Source: Tetramitus jugosus
Lineage: Eukaryota; Protista; Heterolobosea
Length of the DNA stretch: 64,000 nucleotides
Reading direction: 5' to 3'
Assembly: GCA_937625935.1 (NCBI GenBank)
Contig: OW569394.1
Span: 186,001 to 250,000, forward strand
The notes beneath the pieces are model-generated. The model was not told the DNA's origin. It saw only the letters and a program-made list of their open reading frames with translations, and searched no databases. A program made the translations under genes and the position numbers. Of the stretch, positions 37,560-48,434 are shown one piece after another. The stretch's first letter is position 1. Each line of letters opens with the position of its first letter.

Positions 37560-37783
37560 ATTTTATTGTTGTTGAGCACAGAATTGTCTTTTTGGTTGGT
37601 GGGGTTGCTCCTTTCAACGAACTCGTTGATGTATTATCCTTTTTCAGCTTTGAAGGAAGGGAAATTCTTCTCCGAGCAAGCTACAGTTTTTGGGAAAAAT
37701 GTGCCACAGTGGAACAAGAACAGTTTATTCAGAATAGTGTGAAACTTGTTCATTGTACCGAGTAACCTTATTGTTGCCCTTTG

Positions 37784-38242
37784 TCATTCTTGATCTTCCG
37801 TTTGACCAACATCTTCCTCGTCTCCAACCTCTTCATCACTCACCTGATCCTCATTGTCACCAAAGAAGGATTCGATACGTTCTCTGACCTGATGTAGCTT
37901 CTTGAGTCTTTCCGTGATGAGTAACCGATCTTCCTTCTTCTCTTTCTTTTGATGTAATTCCTGACTTGCTGTAGCGAGATCACCATCAATCTCCCTAAGC
38001 ATAAACTCCTTGGTAATCTGGTTTTCAGAAGCCTCTACCATATCCCTCTTGGTTTCTTCATCCATATCCATCATGTCATTATCTCTTATAATGGCTTCTG
38101 TACACAACAGAGCTAATTCTTTGATTGAAAATTCACCACTACCATTCTCACCACTGTGACTTTGACTGTGTACCTTTGCATACAATTCCTCTATCCAGTT
38201 GGATACGTCGTCATCATTGGATATCTTGCTATTCTTCAACAT
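37784..38242 (-). CDS. Soluble hypothetical protein (152 aa), tandem paralog of 36849-37559
   Basis: Same helical domain (WIEELYAKV..FSIKELALLCTE..FMLREID) followed by an acidic tail; no TM segment. Confidence 0.8.
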   Translation of the reverse strand: MLKNSKISNDDDVSNWIEELYAKVHSQSHSGENGSGEFSIKELALLCTEAIIRDNDMMDMDEETKRDMVEASENQITKEFMLREIDGDLATASQELHQKKEKKEDRLLITERLKKLHQVRERIESFFGDNEDQVSDEEVGDEEDVGQTEDQE

Positions 38243-38521
38243 GTTGTTCTTTGCAACAGCAGCAGCACACAGAATGAATGATTTGGATGTTTCCTTGTTT
38301 TGTTGTAGGGGCCAGACAAAGAAATACCTGAAACAGGTGATGTGTTTGTCAACAACAACTGTCCGGGGCGGACGACCGTTTCGACGAAACTATCCTAAAG
38401 CCAAATCCTTTTTTTGAATTCCCGTTACAAGAACAAAGCATTGTCCCAGAGTGGTTCAAAAGGTCAAAAAAAAAAAGCAAAGTTCAACCAAGTTTCAAAT
38501 TGAGAGAAAACCGAGACAGAC

Positions 38522-39271
38522 ATGATTATCCAGACAAGCAAGGTCATCTTGGCAGAAAAAAAAGAGGATTCTTTCAATGATGAATTCCCAGATGAAACAA
38601 GAGACGAGTTCCTTCAAATGGCAGACTCGCACAAGTACGTTTCCAAATTGGAGCGCAAGGTGAAAAAATTGAGAGAAAATCATGTGGATCGCGTCTTGCG
38701 TCACGAACAGGAACAGTTGACAAGGTATACAGGAGCGGAAAATTTACTAAAGGAGTTGGAAGAGGAATTGGAAGTGGAGCCTGACAAGGAAAATGAAAAC
38801 TTGATTGAAAGTGATGAACAGGCCGATGATAGGGATCATGAAAAGGTACAAAACGAAGTGAAGCAACAAGAGAATGAAGGTCACAGTGAAACAATTGATA
38901 GTAAAATGAATGATTTATCGTTGGATGATTCTCATGAGAAAGCTGCAGCTTCAGAAGAAGAAGAACAGGAAGCAGAAGAAGAAGATGAACAATTCAGTGG
39001 TAGCTTTACAATGAAGAAGGGGATGGTAAAGAGAGCTTATGATTTGAATACTGGTGAATTGAAAGAGCTACCAGAAGTCTCTGAAGGAACGAACAAAGAA
39101 GATCAAGATCACGACGAAGAAGGTTTGAGTTCTCATGAAGAAATGAGTGATGAGGAAGAGGATGACGATAGCGATTATGATGAACAAGCACAGTATCAAT
39201 CCTACTACGAGGAAGACGAAGACGATTATGAGGAAGAGGAAGAAGATTACGAAGGTGGAATCCTCGTCTAA
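38522..39271 (+). CDS. Highly acidic hypothetical protein (249 aa)
   Basis: Intact ORF; N-terminal coiled-coil-like segment; D/E/Y-rich C-terminus. Confidence 0.7.
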   Translation: MIIQTSKVILAEKKEDSFNDEFPDETRDEFLQMADSHKYVSKLERKVKKLRENHVDRVLRHEQEQLTRYTGAENLLKELEEELEVEPDKENENLIESDEQADDRDHEKVQNEVKQQENEGHSETIDSKMNDLSLDDSHEKAAASEEEEQEAEEEDEQFSGSFTMKKGMVKRAYDLNTGELKELPEVSEGTNKEDQDHDEEGLSSHEEMSDEEEDDDSDYDEQAQYQSYYEEDEDDYEEEEEDYEGGILV

Positions 39272-39539
39272 GCAATGTAAGATAAAACTTAGGATCAAGT
39301 GCTGAAGTTGATGTTTTTTATTTTGTTATCATATAAGTTACAGTTATTATTTTGTTATCATCATCATACTCACGTAATTTTGCTATTATCCCAGACATGT
39401 TATTGGATATCTTCTACTGCCATCGTTCAATTGAATTTGGCTGGTTTTGCCAGTCAAACAAATGCTTCAGGAAACAGTTGTCTGGGATTCTTTTCTTACT
39501 TGTTTGATTATTGTTATGTATTGCTTCTTCATCTGCTTA

Positions 39540-41552
39540 TTAGTTGTTGGTGTTAAGGTCAAATTGTTTGCTCAAACCTTGTTGAACAAGTTCCTTTTCA
39601 GCTTCGCTCGACACAACAATCACAGCCTTCTTCAATGGCTTCTTTCTCTTCTTCTTTGATGCTGTTTCTTCTGCGTCAAACTCTTCCACATCTTCAGCTG
39701 AACCAACACCATAATCTGGTGTCACAGTGAATCCAGTGTCCTTCATAAACTTGGAAATGGCTTGAGCAAGCAAAGAACCAACCAATTCTTGATTCTTTGT
39801 GTCATTTTCGTCCAACTTGAGCTTCTTGATGTACATTTGCTCCAAGATTGGCAATCCCAACAAGGAAACATCATCGTCCTTTTGAGCAGAGACCAACAGA
39901 GCAACGTACAATTCGATCAAATTGTCAAAACTGAGTTTTTGAGCTGGAGCAGTTTCTTCGTCACTCTTTGCTTGATAAACAAAGGTGGTAGCTTGATAGA
40001 CAATTGGTTCTTCAATCGTTTTGCCAAATCTTGGTGAAGACAATTCCTTGCCTCTCTTGGCTTCGACTCTTGGCTTCTCAACCTTGGTATCAGCCTCATA
40101 CTTCTTCGTAACCAACAAAGTATCTGCAATTGCATCAATTTGTGCAATAGAAACTCCCTTTAGACCTTGTTCGTTGACCACAACGTCCAACAATTGCTTC
40201 TGTTGCTTATTTCTGACTGCACATTGCGCAAACAAGGAGAAAAAGTGTGTAATCACGTCTTTGGCGTCCTTTTCGTTGCTTTCGTCAACAATCACATTCT
40301 TGAATCGATAAAATTCCTCTTCTGGTTCAATGTCGGCCAAGTACAACAACTGACCTTCCTTGTCAATGAATGAAAAACGTCCCTTGCCACAGTAGAAACC
40401 AGTGATGCCTTCTTCGTTATTCAATGGATGAAGACCAAAGGTATGTTGTTGCAATGAGTCATAATCAAATTGAATAAACTCGTTAGGAACAACCTTCCAC
40501 ACTCCACTCTCGATATCGTCCTTCTTTGTTTGAATTTGCTTGTGTCTTCTGAGCTTCTCTCCTATTGTAACACAACAAAAAAATTGTAAAGTGTCAGGAA
40601 AATATGTCACATGTCAAAAAAATTTTGTGATCGAGTCGATACACAAAAAAAATCGTGAAAGATACACACTTGCAGTCTTGTCCTTTCTCAAATTCTTTCG
40701 CAACACATTGGCATCATTCTCAGCCAAAAACTGTTCTTCTTCTTCAGTCAATGGTCTTGGTTCTCTCTTGACCTTAATTGCCTTCTCCTTTTCAAACTTC
40801 AATGCCAATTGTTCTTCAGTCGGTTGTGGAACCAATGAGAAAGCTCTCATGTGATCCCAGATTTTTGCGCGAACATGACGCGAAACAACCAACTGCTTGC
40901 ACGTGTTTGGAGCATTCTTTTTCTTTGCGGCGGCGGCGGCGGCGGCATTTGTGCCCTGAGACCGTTGTCTCATGAGCTCCGTCATGTACTCATTTATTTT
41001 TTCCACGTGCTCTTCCTGACAATGTTGTCGGATCGCAGCAGCGGCCAATGGCGCCCAAACGGACAAACTTTGATTTTCAACATTTCTCCATTTTCTACAG
41101 GTCAATGACGCACCGTGCACCAACGAAGAAAGGTCCAAAAAGCTTAAAATGTTGGCGCTAATCTCATCGCCAATTCTTTGCGTGTTTAGCTCTTGTTGTT
41201 CTTTTAGCTCTTCAGTTTCTTCTTCTTCTGAAGCAGCAGTAGGAGCAACAGCAGTGTAAAAAGCATCAAACACACCCAAAGAATGAGGTTTGTGCACCTT
41301 GAATTTCTTGTTACTTTCTTGACTCTCAACAACAACAACGTGGAAAGTAGTGTCTTCCTTGATGGACAAATCCCATAGAGTAATGTCATCTGATGTCATT
41401 GGCACATTCTTGACAATTACCTTGAGCTTGTCTTGTGCAGTCAAATTCGTATGTTCATAAATCTTGTTCTTCAGTGCACCAATAGTAGCACTGGTTTCCA
41501 AATCAATCACAATCGTATCAACAATTGGATAAAACTTTACAAAAATTCTCAT
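39540..41552 (-). CDS. Ubiquitin-like + F-box protein (634 aa); complement(join(39540..40561,40670..41552))
   Basis: N-terminal MRIFVK..TIGALKNKI..TLWDLSIKEDTTFHVV UBL; IGDEISANILSFLDLSSLVHGASLTCRKWR F-box. A phase-1 108-nt GTGTGT..TAG intron joins the two ORFs in frame (KDKTA-R-EKLRR). Confidence 0.85.
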
Positions 41553-42766
41553 GTTAAAATATTATTTGTTGTTGTTGTTGTTTGCTGTGAAAAGCTGTTG
41601 TTGGTTTTTGAGATGATTTTGGTTAGTTGTTGGTTTTTGGCCCCCCAAAAAAAATTGGTGTTGTTTTTGTTGTTGGTTGTTGATTGTTGGTGGTGTGAAC
41701 AAAATAGCAGCAGAGAGGAGTCGAGGTAAAGAGATGACAGATGACGAGGAGATTGGTGGTGAATAAAAACCAACGGTCGCGATGTCAAGATCGATTCGAC
41801 ACAATAAAGGAAATTTGCAAAAAATTCAACAAAATTTTGTTGTAAAGTAGTGGTGGATGGAGGAGTAAATTTTTGGGTGGGTGTTGGATTGGATGGTGGG
41901 TGTTCAAGTGGGATGGTGTTGAATTTTTTGTTCAGCGACAAATCATGATTGATTGAGACATTTGTTGTTTGTTGAAGCATACAAACGAAAGAAATTGAAT
42001 AGAGTTAGCTCTGTGTGTTGGTTGGGACATGGATCATGATGTTTGGCAGTTGAACTTACCTTGATCTAATATGACTCGAGAATTCAGTGGTTTTTTTCTT
42101 TTTTCCCAGATAGTGGATCGAGCACTGTTCTTCTCTGTGATTCGAGTGTCACCAACAGTCAGTTTCAAGTGGATGAGTTGTGACATTGACACGGTGATTT
42201 TCGCGACAAGTCGAAAATCCGATTTATGGAAAGTGGAGACACCCCGAATACTATGTTTCGTTGCTTCTTGCTTCATGTGAGCTCTTGTGTTGCAAAACGA
42301 ATCGGCAACACCATGTCACCCTGGGAATCACAGAATACAACTTTTGTTCCACTTTTAGAAAACTCCGAGCCTTGGTTCAATGAATCAACATTGAACCTGC
42401 ACGTCACCGTTGTAATGGTCCAATTCACACATTGTAACTATTCTCCGCATTTCTCAGCTTCGAACGGACTTGGCAACAAAAATTTTTATTCGTCGCGATA
42501 CACAACTTCGATCGAATCAGAAAAGAATTGATTTTGTTGTGACCCTTGTTAAAAAACACCATTTTGCATCATCACACTACGCCCTGATCACAGTCACTAG
42601 TCGTCAAAAAAAACAATAACAACGCTTTTCCTTTTCATTGATTTTCAACCCAAAAACAACAACAACTTGTTTGAGAAGAGAAATCATAAAAAAACTACAT
42701 CACTTTTTTGGAGCTTAGAATCTAACTGTTGAAAATAATAACAACAACAACAATTCAATAAGAACC

Positions 42767-44181
42767 ATGCTTGCATATCTATTGGTACCAATTATTCTTG
42801 CTGCCGTTTTCTTTTTCTTGACTTTGACCAAGAAGAGTGGTATGTTGTTCATTTGATTGATGTCATCATCAACACACATGATTTTTGCTAATCAAAAATG
42901 CTTGTTTTTTGGCGCCTTTTTTATATTTTTCCGATAGACGTCGCACCATCTACAAAAGCAGCTGAGATCATTTCTGCTGCAGTCAAGGAGACTAAGAAGA
43001 AGGTAAAGAAGCCCAAGGTCGCCCTCTCCAAGGCTCAATTGAACGAGTTGAAGAGTGAAAAGGCTGTCCGTGACGTTGTCGAAGAAGTTGATATCAGAAA
43101 GCTTTCTGCTATTCAAAAGAAGGGAAGCTCCTCAAAGAAGTCAGCTTCTGCTGCTGCTGAAAAGAAGGAAGCTGTTGCTGCTCCAGCTCCAGTTGCTGTG
43201 AGTGCTCCTGTTGTTGAAGCTACCACCACCGCCTCTGAAGAAGCTCCAGCTACTGAAGCTTCTGCTGCTGAAGTTGAAGTTGTTGCTGAACCAACCAAGA
43301 AATCCAAGAAGAACAAGGGATTCGAAGTTGTGACTCGCAGCACCTACACCAAGAAGGCTCCTGTTGAACCAACTGAAGAGAAGAAGCGTGAATACAAGAA
43401 GAAGCACACTGGTGATAAGCCAGCAAGCAAGAAGTGGACTGACGAAGAAAGAAAGGAATTCTTCCAAAAGAAGAGAGACGAAGAGAAGAAGAAGAAGGCT
43501 GCCGAAGAAGAGAACAAGAGCGAGAGCTCTGAAGAAGGCAGTGGTGCTGAAGAAAAGCCAAGAAGAGAGAAGAAGCCACAACAACAACAACAAATCAGAA
43601 AGCCAGCTGCTCGCATCATTACCAACCCATATGAGAATGAAGAAGATTTTTGGTCATCCAATGAACCAACATTGCCAGAGCCAGTCACCACTGCATCAGC
43701 TGCTCCAGCTACTGCTGCTGCTACTGAGACAAAGGCTACCAAGACCAAGTCCTCTGTTGCTACCAAGAAGGCTCCAGCTGTTGTTGGTGTGACTGTTGCA
43801 CCTGCATTGAACCCATGGAAGGTTGAAGAGCCATCTATTGCTGAATCTGAAGCTGTTGTGACTGAATATCCAGCACTCGGAGCCAAGCAAAAGAAGGCAA
43901 AGAAGGTGCCAAAGAAGTCTGCTGTTGCTACCACCACTACCACTACTGCATCCAGTGAGGAGGAAGAAGGTGATGATGAGCAGATTGCTTCTCACAAGAG
44001 ACACTCTGACAGTCAATTCGAATACCAATTCGAATCACCTTTGGAGAAGAGAGCAAAGCTCGAGGGTGCTGATGAAGAAGAAGAAGAAGACGATGAGCAC
44101 ACTGCCGAACAACAACAAGATATTGTCGACAGTGTTTTGGAAGACTCTGAAACTGAACAACAGACTGCTGAGTCATCGTAA
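42767..44181 (+). CDS. N-terminally anchored K/A/E-rich disordered protein; join(42767..42839,42938..44181)
   Basis: Exon 1 MLAYLLVPIILAAVFFFLTLTKKS (signal anchor); phase-1 GTATGT..gctaat..TAG intron; strong AAG/GCT/CCA codon bias. Confidence 0.85.
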
Positions 44182-44780
44182 GCACGATTGATCAATCTAT
44201 CCATGAATCGTCGTGTGCAGTGCTGTATTATTGTCATCATCATCATCATTTTTGTACATCATCTCAATTCATTCGCAATGTGTGTTAACTACTCTTGCGA
44301 AAAATCAACAACTTACTTGCAACAAAGGCACACTGAAAATTTTTGATTTTTTTGGCTCTCTTCTCTCAGGTGGATTTGTTCCAAGTTGACATGGTCTCAC
44401 GTGTGTGCACGAAGAAACGAATTGTGGGTATTTTGTGCACATGATTTGTGCATCTGCATGTGGATTATTTTTTTTATTGCATTCACTATGAATGTCAGTA
44501 GGATAACGCTTCATGTGTGCGTGTACGAGCTCGAGTGCATCAATTTGCCAAGCACCTTTTGTTATTTGTGGACGTGCGTCGTAATCCCAATGTCAGTTTG
44601 TCTGGATGAATTCCTTGGTTTTATGAAACTATTTTGATGATGGTCAACAAGTGTGTGTCTGTCTGATCACTGCGGAAACTGTGAATACCACCCTTACCAT
44701 ACCAACTACTTAATCTTATATAATAAATACAATAGTAATTAAAAATAATGATAATATCTTGCAGAGTAAGGTGAATTGCT

Positions 44781-44842
44781 TCAAAACGACTTGTTCTCGA
44801 TCTCCGTTCGGTTTTATTATCTCAAAACGACTTGTTCTCGAT
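44781..44842 (+). repeat. 21-bp direct repeat, 2 copies, 20-nt spacer
   Basis: tcaaaacgacttgttctcgat at 44781-44801 and 44822-44842. Confidence 0.85.
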
Positions 44843-45259
44843 TTACGTGAAGTAACCAAAAAATGAAGTTTCACGCAGAACCATAGTGTTTCACGACCAA
44901 ATTATTGTTTTCAGAGCTTTAAGGGTTGATGGGAAAGTGGGATCAATGGATTTAAAACAGATCAACTTCTTTTATCGTTGGGTGACGCTTCTCTCAGATG
45001 CGTCAGCCGACGATGAGCTTCCGCAGTATTCGCAGTTCAACTTGTTCAAAACAAGTGTGTGGTTAGGAGTCAAACGTCTGACATCCGCCTCATCAATTCA
45101 ATAAACAGAATTTCGTAAGCCCTATTGAGATGAGCTCAATAACACCTTGCTGAACAAAAAACCATTTTTCTGTCCAATAATAAAGTCAAAACCAACAACA
45201 ACAAAAAGAGATCGAAAAGCCAAGTTGTGAGAGAGACACTCAAATTGAAAGCTTACAAT

Positions 45260-45544
45260 ATGAACACGATCGCTCACCACCATGCGGCACAACTGAGTCG
45301 AATTGAAATCTGGGGACTCTACCGTGCACTACTAAAGCATGCCAAGCATTATCCTTCCATTAATCGGGAACACATCTTTTTGGCCATTAGAGAAGAGTTC
45401 AGAGATCATATGCATGAGACCAATGAACAAAAATTGAAAAATTATTTGAGTGAGGCACAGGGAGGACTCGAGAGACTCATTAGCTATTCGAAGCTTGATA
45501 CGTCCAGAGGCAGCAGAACGACAATGAATTTGGATATGAGTTGA
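45260..45544 (+). CDS. LYR-motif (LYRM) mitochondrial protein (94 aa)
   Basis: LYRALLKHAKHYP..IREEFR pattern (LYR plus downstream conserved F); ATG at 45260. Confidence 0.85.
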   Translation: MNTIAHHHAAQLSRIEIWGLYRALLKHAKHYPSINREHIFLAIREEFRDHMHETNEQKLKNYLSEAQGGLERLISYSKLDTSRGSRTTMNLDMS

Positions 45545-45562
45545 GAATAAAAAGTTTTCTGA

Positions 45563-45633
45563 TGCATCTGCCGGGATTCGAACCCGGGTCGCAGCGATGG
45601 CAACGCTGCATGATACCCCTACACTACAGATGC
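45563..45633 (-). tRNA. trnG-GCC: tRNA-Gly(GCC)
   Basis: GCATCTGTAGTGTAGGGGTATCATGCAGCGTTGCCATCGCTGCGACCCGGGTTCGAATCCCGGCAGATGCA: 7-bp acceptor stem, CAGCG/CGCTG anticodon stem with GCC, GTTCGAATC T-loop, and a T5 Pol III terminator just downstream. Confidence 0.97.
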
Positions 45634-45897
45634 TCATATTAAGGAGAAATTTTACCGTTTTTTCAGCGTTTTGGGAGAAAAAGGATTTTGGGGTTGCTGT
45701 TAGTTATAGGTGCTGGGAACATGCCGCACCTGTGTTGCCTGGAACAAAGTGAACAGCTGTTGAATGAAAAAATAATCAAGGGTTTTTGTTGCTTGAAAAA
45801 AGAGAAGGCACAAATTTTCGCGCCGAAAAACCAACAGTTTTGAACAAAAAAGTGTTCCAATTTTGGCGGGAACAGAAAAAAAGGAGAAACAAAAAAC

Positions 45898-47277
45898 ATG
45901 TCAACAACGAACAGCACCCATGCTTTCTCGTTTTTTAATGAGCTTCGTCAATTCCAAGACCGTATTCAACAAGACTCTCTTCATCTCAAGGACCAATCCC
46001 AAGAGCTAATTCTCCGGTTGCCCAAAATTCCGACCAAGCCAATTTCCCGTTACATTTTACAAGAAATCGGTCAACTAGAGTCCCATTGTAATCGCATTGA
46101 AGAATGCACAGGTTTATCCAAAAACAACCCCACAAGCCATATCCATCACAAGAGCCATACTCCATCCTTACAACAATTACTCTCTACTTGTCAAATGATT
46201 TTGGACGAGAATGAGATTTTGTTGGACGATTGTGAGACAATGATGATCACGACATCTCAAAACCAAACTCAAGAAATTTCTCCAACACCACTAGCTAGTG
46301 GTAAAACCAAGTACTCTCCTTCAAGTGCTACTATGCAGTTGTATTCAAGGAGTTCCATTTATGAGACCGCGTTGAACCAGTTTCGTAATTATGATGATCC
46401 CATGTCATGTAACACGATGGCTGCCAATTGTTACACTTCTTATGCAGGTGGTGGTGCTTCCAGGTTGAGTGCAGATGATGAAAATGATGCACTTGACAAT
46501 CGAGCAATAACAATAACAACAGAAACTCATCGATCTGATCGTTTTCGTGCCTACTTGCGAAATGAGTTGCCTGTTGCTGAGTTGTTGGAAAGGGAGGAAG
46601 CTCCTGTTGACTTGGCTACAGAGCAGGAAGAACAAGTAGAACAGTTGGGCAACAACAATGAAGAACAAATGAGCTCTCCTCCACCAATGAAAAAGCAAAG
46701 GTTGACAACAACAAGTGAGGAACAAACAACAAGTGATCAAGTCACTCCACATAAGCAACAACCAGACAATCGAAAGAGTGTCTTGTTAAGTACTCCAACA
46801 TTGTCTACCATGGGATTGTCTGCGACAGCTCTTCAGACCATTGGTTACATTGATGACCAATATGATGAACAATCAGAAGAGTCAACAGCAACAACACAAA
46901 CGAAGGAACAAGATGATAATCGTGCATCTGTGGAAGCATTCAGTTCCGCAATCATGAACAATTTAGTTCCAGTGTTCAGTCAACAAACAACCAAGAATGG
47001 TTCGTTTAGGCTGTTGCCCGTGAGTGCTGATGAACTAAAGGAGTTGCCACTCTATTTGGCAAAACAAATCCTTTCATTGGACGAGTTCAATCAATGGATA
47101 CAACGGTTGAACGATTCGACCACAACATTGAGTATCACGCAGAATGTGTTGGTCGACATGTTTGAAGGAATGGGATCGAACACTGCGCGAAACTTTATTC
47201 TTGTTTTGTTAAAGTTAGGTCGGTTCAAAGGAACAATCAGAAATGAAGATGACGAACTCACTTATCTGATCAAGTAA
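45898..47277 (+). CDS. Probable Ska kinetochore complex subunit (SKA3-like, with Ska1-type C-terminal domain)
   Basis: N-terminal coiled coil; central TPTLSTMGLS motif; C-terminal VSADELKELPLYL..ARNFILVLLKLGRF resembling the Ska microtubule-binding winged-helix domain. Recognised from memory only. Confidence 0.55.
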   Translation: MSTTNSTHAFSFFNELRQFQDRIQQDSLHLKDQSQELILRLPKIPTKPISRYILQEIGQLESHCNRIEECTGLSKNNPTSHIHHKSHTPSLQQLLSTCQMILDENEILLDDCETMMITTSQNQTQEISPTPLASGKTKYSPSSATMQLYSRSSIYETALNQFRNYDDPMSCNTMAANCYTSYAGGGASRLSADDENDALDNRAITITTETHRSDRFRAYLRNELPVAELLEREEAPVDLATEQEEQVEQLGNNNEEQMSSPPPMKKQRLTTTSEEQTTSDQVTPHKQQPDNRKSVLLSTPTLSTMGLSATALQTIGYIDDQYDEQSEESTATTQTKEQDDNRASVEAFSSAIMNNLVPVFSQQTTKNGSFRLLPVSADELKELPLYLAKQILSLDEFNQWIQRLNDSTTTLSITQNVLVDMFEGMGSNTARNFILVLLKLGRFKGTIRNEDDELTYLIK

Positions 47278-47361
47278 ATGTTATCAAGGTAAACCACTCC
47301 TAATTCTAACTTAAGAAAGAAATACACCCTTGTATCCATAAAAAAACTCAAGTCTATTTAT

Positions 47362-48090
47362 TTAGAAGCCAAGAGCTCTCAACCACAACCTCACCATTCT
47401 AATATGATTGCCATTCAATTGCAATTGACCGGCTCTCATTTCTACTGGTTGTTGCGTAATTCTCGTCAATTCTGCTTGGAGCAATTGCTTGTCGCCCTCT
47501 ATTTTTCTCAGGACAGTCAAACCTCTAGTACGTCCATTTCTAATCATTGTCATCGTTTCCAACAACAGAGAGCGTAAAAACCATGGTTTTACAAAAAACA
47601 AAAAATACAAAAATATCGTAAGCTATTTGCAACTCCTTCAAAAACAAAATTTGCGCGCGCAAAACATGCACTACAATGCACATGCACACAAACCACACAA
47701 AAAGCTAAAAAGCTTTTGCACAAGAACAAAAACAACCAAAAAATGATACACAAAATAAAACAACAATCGCGATAACCAAAAACACACAAAAAAAAAAGCT
47801 ATCGCGCGCATTTCTTGAGATTCATACTTGTACTCTGTATAGACTGGTAAACTACCAGACTTTGTTCTCTCAATATGGAATGGCAATTGTTCAGTTCCTC
47901 CCAATGGAGCATGAAATCCTGACAAGTTATCAGCAGGTATGCTATTCTCAATTTGATGAACAAGGTCCTTGTTCAATGGAAACGTCAACTCCATGGATTG
48001 AAGTGATTTTAAGAGAACGGAATTTGGTGTTTTTCTCTTGAGTGCATCCTTGGATGCCTTTGGTATTCCTCTCAATCTCAAAAATGGCAT
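47362..48090 (-). CDS. MRPL49: Mitochondrial ribosomal protein mL49/Img2 (146 aa); complement(join(47362..47539,47828..48090))
   Basis: LPFHIERTKSGSLPVYTEYK joined by a phase-2 288-nt GTATGA..TAG intron to NGRTRGLTVLRKIEGD..WLRALGF*. Confidence 0.88.
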
Positions 48091-48434
48091 TTTTGTTTTA
48101 TAAGCTTTTTCCTGTTGTTATTGTTGTGATTTTGCGTTTTTTCTTTTAATTTCACCGCTGTCGGTGTTAAAATGTGTTTTTCCGAGGGTGTGAATTGGAT
48201 TATTCCAGTTGAAAAACTACGCCTATTGCCGGAGTTGTAAGTGTAAGTAACAACAACATTTCATCTCTTGGTCCAGTCCATTAAAATCACTGGCTTAAGG
48301 ACACGTGTGGGACCATCCGTAACAGTAGCTTCCATGACCTCGTTCCACCAGGAATTCCCAGGTAGTGCATGACAAATTCCCATGGTGCACAGACGCGACG
48401 ATCCGCACAGATAATGTGTTCTCTTTTCTCTACA

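Noticed and set aside
41549-42531. Short ORFs and a GTAAGT donor-like site between divergent genes
   Set aside because: AAC/TTG-rich UTR- or promoter-like sequence; no convincing protein or acceptor could be built.
43113-44249. Long antisense and alternate-frame ORFs over the K/A-rich gene
   Set aside because: Explained by biased codon usage depleting stop codons.
44781-44842. Repeat-spacer-repeat as a CRISPR array
   Set aside because: Only two copies, no cas genes and a eukaryotic context; a local duplication is simpler.
48240-48420. GC-richer intergenic stretch as an snRNA or other ncRNA
   Set aside because: No U1, U2 or U6 signature or convincing structure found by eye.
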